From IMG/VR virus record IMGVR_UViG_3300032332_001158, positions 1 to 52,528 of that record: a stretch of DNA of 52,528 nucleotides; one strand, written 5' to 3'. The notes under the pieces were generated by a model that had not been told where the DNA came from, searched no databases, and worked only from the letters and a program-made list of their open reading frames with translations. The position numbers were made by a program, and so were the translations under genes. The DNA is from a virus. Its lineage: Duplodnaviria > Caudoviricetes. Shown in pieces: positions 49,101 through 52,528 of the stretch (positions are counted from its first letter, which is position 1; every line of letters starts with the position of its first letter).

Positions 49101-49556
49101 CTATTTGGTCTTCCCCCACTTTTTACCTTTACCCTTGGTTTTACATTGGGCTGGTGTAGGGCGACATGATGGGTATTTAGCTCGGTCTTCACCTTTTTTT
49201 CTACCACAAGGTTTACATTTACCATTACGGCATGTATTACAATCTACCCACCCACCTTCTTTACCTGGTGCTCCTCTACGTTTAAACCATTTATGCAATG
49301 ATTCATCTTCGTTTAATACTTTTTGGATTATTTCTTTAACTCTAGCATATCCTGATCCATATGGAGCTGCTTTGCCTGATTGAGGGTCATCTGTTTCTTT
49401 TAATCCTTTCCAAATTTTACCTTGACGACATCTAACAATAGAGCCTGATTTATAAGCAGATGGTTTATCGTATTTACGATCCGCAATACGTTTGCAACGA
49501 TCTGCTTTTTTCTTTTCCTCTTCAAGAATTTGTTCTATTAATTGTTTAAGTTCCAT
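49101..49556 (-). CDS. basic two-module protein with the shared leader
   Basis: PSAYKSGSIVRCR module and LHKWF...WVD...CGR...YPSCRP module separated by VLNE. Confidence 0.65.
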   Translation of the reverse strand: MELKQLIEQILEEEKKKADRCKRIADRKYDKPSAYKSGSIVRCRQGKIWKGLKETDDPQSGKAAPYGSGYARVKEIIQKVLNEDESLHKWFKRRGAPGKEGGWVDCNTCRNGKCKPCGRKKGEDRAKYPSCRPTPAQCKTKGKGKKWGKTK

Positions 49557-49557
49557 A

Positions 49558-50154
49558 TTACCAGTATCCTGAAAATGTTGTTTTAAATCCTAATAATTTC
49601 GCATAGCGAGGAAGACGACATGACCAGTAACTAGCTTTTGTTCTATCTTTCTTTTGAGCACACTTATGACGAGCTGCAAATGCTCTTCTAGCTTTAGGAT
49701 TGTTTAGTTTAGCAGACATACCTGCTTGACCAAATGATACTTTTTTAATACGTTTGGTTTTAGGGTCTTTAACGTAAACATAGAATTTTTTAGATCCACC
49801 ACGTTTTGGTTTTCCTAGAGCAGGTTGTTTTTTTTCTTCTTCTAAATCTTCTTCATTAATCATTTCCATTAATGGAAGATCTAAAGGAACTATTTTACCT
49901 TCATACAAACCTAATCTACCTAGGTCTGTATTTTCAAATAATCTTTTATCGGCGTCTTGTAATTGAATTACTCCTTGTACCCATAGTACTCGAGCTTCGT
50001 GAATTAAATCAACGTGTAATTTAGATCCAGGACGAAATATATTGTCATGTATTTGAATGCTGTTACTCAAATGATAACGCATTGCTTCAGTAATTGGAAC
50101 TTGATACTGTTTAGATTCGTTTAATAGTGGAGCCCCACAATCGCATTTATTCAT
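49558..50154 (-). CDS. two-module protein with a basic C-terminal domain
   Basis: C-terminal KKFYVYVKDP...KVSFG...FAARHKC...YWSC after INEEDLEE. Confidence 0.65.
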   Translation of the reverse strand: MNKCDCGAPLLNESKQYQVPITEAMRYHLSNSIQIHDNIFRPGSKLHVDLIHEARVLWVQGVIQLQDADKRLFENTDLGRLGLYEGKIVPLDLPLMEMINEEDLEEEKKQPALGKPKRGGSKKFYVYVKDPKTKRIKKVSFGQAGMSAKLNNPKARRAFAARHKCAQKKDRTKASYWSCRLPRYAKLLGFKTTFSGYW

Positions 50155-50179
50155 AGGTAAAATATTATACCTATAAATA

Positions 50180-50620
50180 TTATCGACTTATAATATATAT
50201 AAGAGTTCCATTAACTAAAAGTGACCCAACTGCTATTTTAATCCAAGTTCGTTTTTTGTCAATTTGGATTGTTAAAGCATTCTTAGTTTCTTGGTGTAGT
50301 CTAAATTCTTCTCTATATTTGTCTTCAAAATCTTTAGCAATACCTTCTAAAGCGATATATTCCTTCATTAAACGCTCATATGCTATTCTTTCTTCACCTA
50401 CTTGCTTATCAGCGTTATTACCATAAAGAATCCATTGTGCTTTTTCTTCCTGGCATGCTTCTAGTTGTTTTAATTTAACTAAAAGTCTAATTTCTTGAGT
50501 TGAAGTAAAGAATATACCTGTATCTTTTTCAAATACAATTCTCTTAGGGTTCAAATGTTGACCATAAGCTGTCGCGCTGATCAAAAGTGAGGCTAGGAAT
50601 ATTACTAATGTCTTTAGCAT
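50180..50620 (-). CDS. exported coiled-coil protein with C-terminal hydrophobic anchor (spanin-like partner)
   Basis: signal peptide MLKTLVIFLASLLISATAYG, coiled coil, C-terminal TM; 77-nt overlap with the upstream gene. Confidence 0.55.
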   Translation of the reverse strand: MLKTLVIFLASLLISATAYGQHLNPKRIVFEKDTGIFFTSTQEIRLLVKLKQLEACQEEKAQWILYGNNADKQVGEERIAYERLMKEYIALEGIAKDFEDKYREEFRLHQETKNALTIQIDKKRTWIKIAVGSLLVNGTLIYIISR

Positions 50621-50864
50621 TTTTTGTTCGAATATAAATTATTGAATCTTTTGTATTTTGTTGAACACTATCATAATCATGTCTTAATTTAACAATATGA
50701 CTATCAAGTGAATCAACTATGTGATGTAAACTATCAATACGATTGTCAGGAGGTAATGTTGTTATTTCTGGTTTAGGAGTAATGTTAGTTGCAATCAATA
50801 ACGATGATAGTAATACTACTAATAACCAAGGTAAAACTAACTTAAAAAATGTTTCCTTATTCAT
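50544..50864 (-). CDS. i-spanin-like membrane protein
   Basis: N-terminal TM helix followed by a coiled coil. Confidence 0.55.
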   Translation of the reverse strand: MNKETFFKLVLPWLLVVLLSSLLIATNITPKPEITTLPPDNRIDSLHHIVDSLDSHIVKLRHDYDSVQQNTKDSIIYIRTKNAKDISNIPSLTFDQRDSLWSTFEP

Positions 50865-51418
50865 TATACTGGTAATTCTTCAGGTACTTCTTCTGTTGGC
50901 GGAGGTGTTTCTGTTCCAGGTTCAGGAACTGTTTCATCTTCTGCTGGTGCTCCTCCGACTGGGACTGATGTTAAATCTGGGGCTGCTACAGTATCGTCTT
51001 CAGGTTTTGGTTCTTCTTTTTCTTTGCTACCATAAGATAATATACGAGAAATAGCATTGGATGCATTTTCTTCATCTGATATATTTTCCAAATAGTATTT
51101 TTTACCTTCTACTTTAGCAACCCATGAGCGTTCATTGTATATTAGATAGAAAAATTGGTCGTTAGCTAATACTATTTTAAATGTTGTTGGACGAGGAGCT
51201 ACCCACCAAATATCTTTAACAAAATCTCCATATTGGTCTGTAAGGAGATTTACAATTGTTGTTTTAAGAGTAGGAAATTTAATTAGTATAGGAAATAATT
51301 CTTTATCAAAATCAACATCTTTAGGTGATACACCCAATGTATTATCCTTAGTTTTAGCAGAATATACTCGTCTTGCTATAATTTCAATCTTATCTATTAA
51401 TTCCTGTTTACTTGCCAT
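50864..51418 (-). CDS. hypothetical protein with an acidic Pro-rich tail
   Basis: 184-aa ORF, TAATG-coupled. Confidence 0.65.
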   Translation of the reverse strand: MASKQELIDKIEIIARRVYSAKTKDNTLGVSPKDVDFDKELFPILIKFPTLKTTIVNLLTDQYGDFVKDIWWVAPRPTTFKIVLANDQFFYLIYNERSWVAKVEGKKYYLENISDEENASNAISRILSYGSKEKEEPKPEDDTVAAPDLTSVPVGGAPAEDETVPEPGTETPPPTEEVPEELPV

Positions 51419-51419
51419 T

Positions 51420-52229
51420 TTATTTATCTAAGTAATATACTAATTTTTCCTCTTCAATATTAGGAGAATGATGTGCTAGTGATTGGTATTCTAAATACTG
51501 TTCTACTGAATTGAGATAGTCTGTAGCTTTAGTTATTTTGCTTTGAACCCATGCTTCTAATTGAGTATCCTCATCTAGCATCATAAATAATTTTTCTGCG
51601 CTTTGGATAAGCTTGTATAATTCTGACTTAGCCATTTCACCTTCATAGTCCATTTCAGGAGAGTCACATGACATACATCCGTGATCTTCTTTTACAGGCT
51701 TTTTAGCGTCTTTAGCTGCCTTTTTCATAGATTCCTTTTTATCACCATCTTTGTCTAAATCAAGATAATCAGGTTTTGCTTTTTTTTCATCTATGCTTTG
51801 CTCTTCACCTTGACCTGTGCTTAGATAAATTTCTTGTTTAGTAATAGCGTCTTCGATTTTTTTCATTCTAGCTGTGTCTCCAGCTTTTTCAGCTTGTTCG
51901 TATGCTGTTTTAAGTTTAGCCATACGTGGTTCAGCATCAAGTAATGCTCTATTTCCAGCCATTAGTGCTGCGAATAAAGCTAGTCCGCCTAATACTCTAC
52001 CTGTCTTTCCTTCTTCAATTTCTTTAGGATTGGTAGATAATTTTTTCTTGATAATTTCTTTTAATCGATTTTCGTTCATAGTCTTAACTTGATTTTTAGC
52101 TGTGTTCATTGCACGACCTCGCATTACATTTTCAGCCTCTTTACCATATCGTTTTACGATATTCTTACGATTTTTTTTCATCGCCTGGTAAACGTCTTCT
52201 GCTCTATCTAATACTGCTTTTGATGGCAT
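51420..52229 (-). CDS. modular putative internal head protein (start probably MPSKAV)
   Basis: KRYGKEAENVM module, DLDKDGD EF-hand-like loop, DYEGEMAKSEL...WVQSKITKA module. Confidence 0.65.
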   Translation of the reverse strand: MPSKAVLDRAEDVYQAMKKNRKNIVKRYGKEAENVMRGRAMNTAKNQVKTMNENRLKEIIKKKLSTNPKEIEEGKTGRVLGGLALFAALMAGNRALLDAEPRMAKLKTAYEQAEKAGDTARMKKIEDAITKQEIYLSTGQGEEQSIDEKKAKPDYLDLDKDGDKKESMKKAAKDAKKPVKEDHGCMSCDSPEMDYEGEMAKSELYKLIQSAEKLFMMLDEDTQLEAWVQSKITKATDYLNSVEQYLEYQSLAHHSPNIEEEKLVYYLDK

Positions 52230-52243
52230 AATTTTAATTTTTA

Positions 52244-52278
52244 AAGTTATAAGGGGAACACTCCCGTTCCCCATAACC
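52244..52278 (-). terminator. stem-loop after the Hc1-like gene
   Basis: GTTATGGGGAAC-6 nt-GTTCCCC(TT)ATAAC followed by TTT. Confidence 0.5.
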
Positions 52279-52288
52279 TTTTGCTTAA

Positions 52289-52462
52289 TTATTGAGCTTT
52301 ACCTTCAGCAACAGAAGCTTTACGATATTCGTTAGCTACTTTCTTAACTTCGCCAGCAATTTTACGAGCACGTCCTTGTGCTGCTTTAGAACCTTTGGCG
52401 TGTTCTGCTGTTAGTGTTTCAAATAATTCATGCAACTTTTCTAATAACTCTTGAGTGTTCAT
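52289..52462 (-). CDS. histone H1-like Hc1-family protein (57 aa, missing from the ORF track)
   Basis: manual translation MNTQELLEKLHELFETLTAEHAKGSKAAQGRARKIAGEVKKVANEYRKAS...; GxKAAxxRARK...ExRKxS pattern. Confidence 0.75.
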   Translation of the reverse strand: MNTQELLEKLHELFETLTAEHAKGSKAAQGRARKIAGEVKKVANEYRKASVAEGKAQ

Positions 52463-52489
52463 AGATTTGATTTATTTATTTGGTTTATA

Positions 52490-52528
52490 TTATCCTTGAT
52501 CTCCTGTTGGGATTTGAGTCTTTAAGAA
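52490..52528 (-). CDS. probable 3' end of an upstream gene (...FLKTQIPTGDQG*)
   Basis: open frame from the window edge to TAA, followed by an AT-rich intergenic gap. Confidence 0.35.
   Translation of the reverse strand, partial: FLKTQIPTGDQG

Noticed and set aside
167-52092. All plus-strand ORFs in the track (for example 11916..12314, 28727..29377, 47031..47402)
   Set aside because: Each lies antisense to well-supported minus-strand genes and has shadow-like Ser/Leu/Phe composition with no recognisable motifs.
1-52528. Stop-codon reassignment
   Set aside because: Core genes (terL, portal, capsid, sheath) are full length under code 11, and TAG (49101) and TGA (13218, 37239) act as stops at gene junctions.
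1-52528. tRNA genes, integrase, small terminase
   Set aside because: Intergenic gaps are too short or lack cloverleaf/TTCGA patterns, and no ORF showed recognisable integrase or gp16 motifs.

Overview
AT-rich fragment of a large T4-like myovirus (contractile tail). Every credible gene is on the minus strand. Read in transcription order (right to left), it holds: (1) a block of hypothetical, probably capsid-internal proteins, an Hc1-like protein, a spanin-like pair and an exonuclease; (2) a small metabolic island (FAD oxidoreductase split by a GIY-YIG endonuclease plus a GNAT, a glycosyltransferase, a P-loop kinase); (3) terminase, portal, prohead protease, scaffold, major capsid protein and PhoH; (4) neck, fibre, sheath and tube genes, a 995-aa repeat protein, a chaperone pair, tape measure, baseplate and fibre genes. 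The absence of Shine-Dalgarno motifs suggests a Bacteroidota host (inference). Most interesting: about 15 unrelated proteins share an amphipathic N-terminal leader ending in prohead-protease-type [LIV]-x-E sites, a candidate capsid cargo-loading and polyprotein system that includes a mimic of the capsid protein N-arm and a copy of the scaffold C-terminal motif. Also notable are the intron-less split oxidoreductase, a likely +1/-2 frameshift joining the gp26-like and gp51-like ORFs, an inverted T4-late-like promoter motif with a second promoter class, and a pseudoknot/terminator RNA switch candidate. All family assignments come from motif recognition by eye, with no database search.
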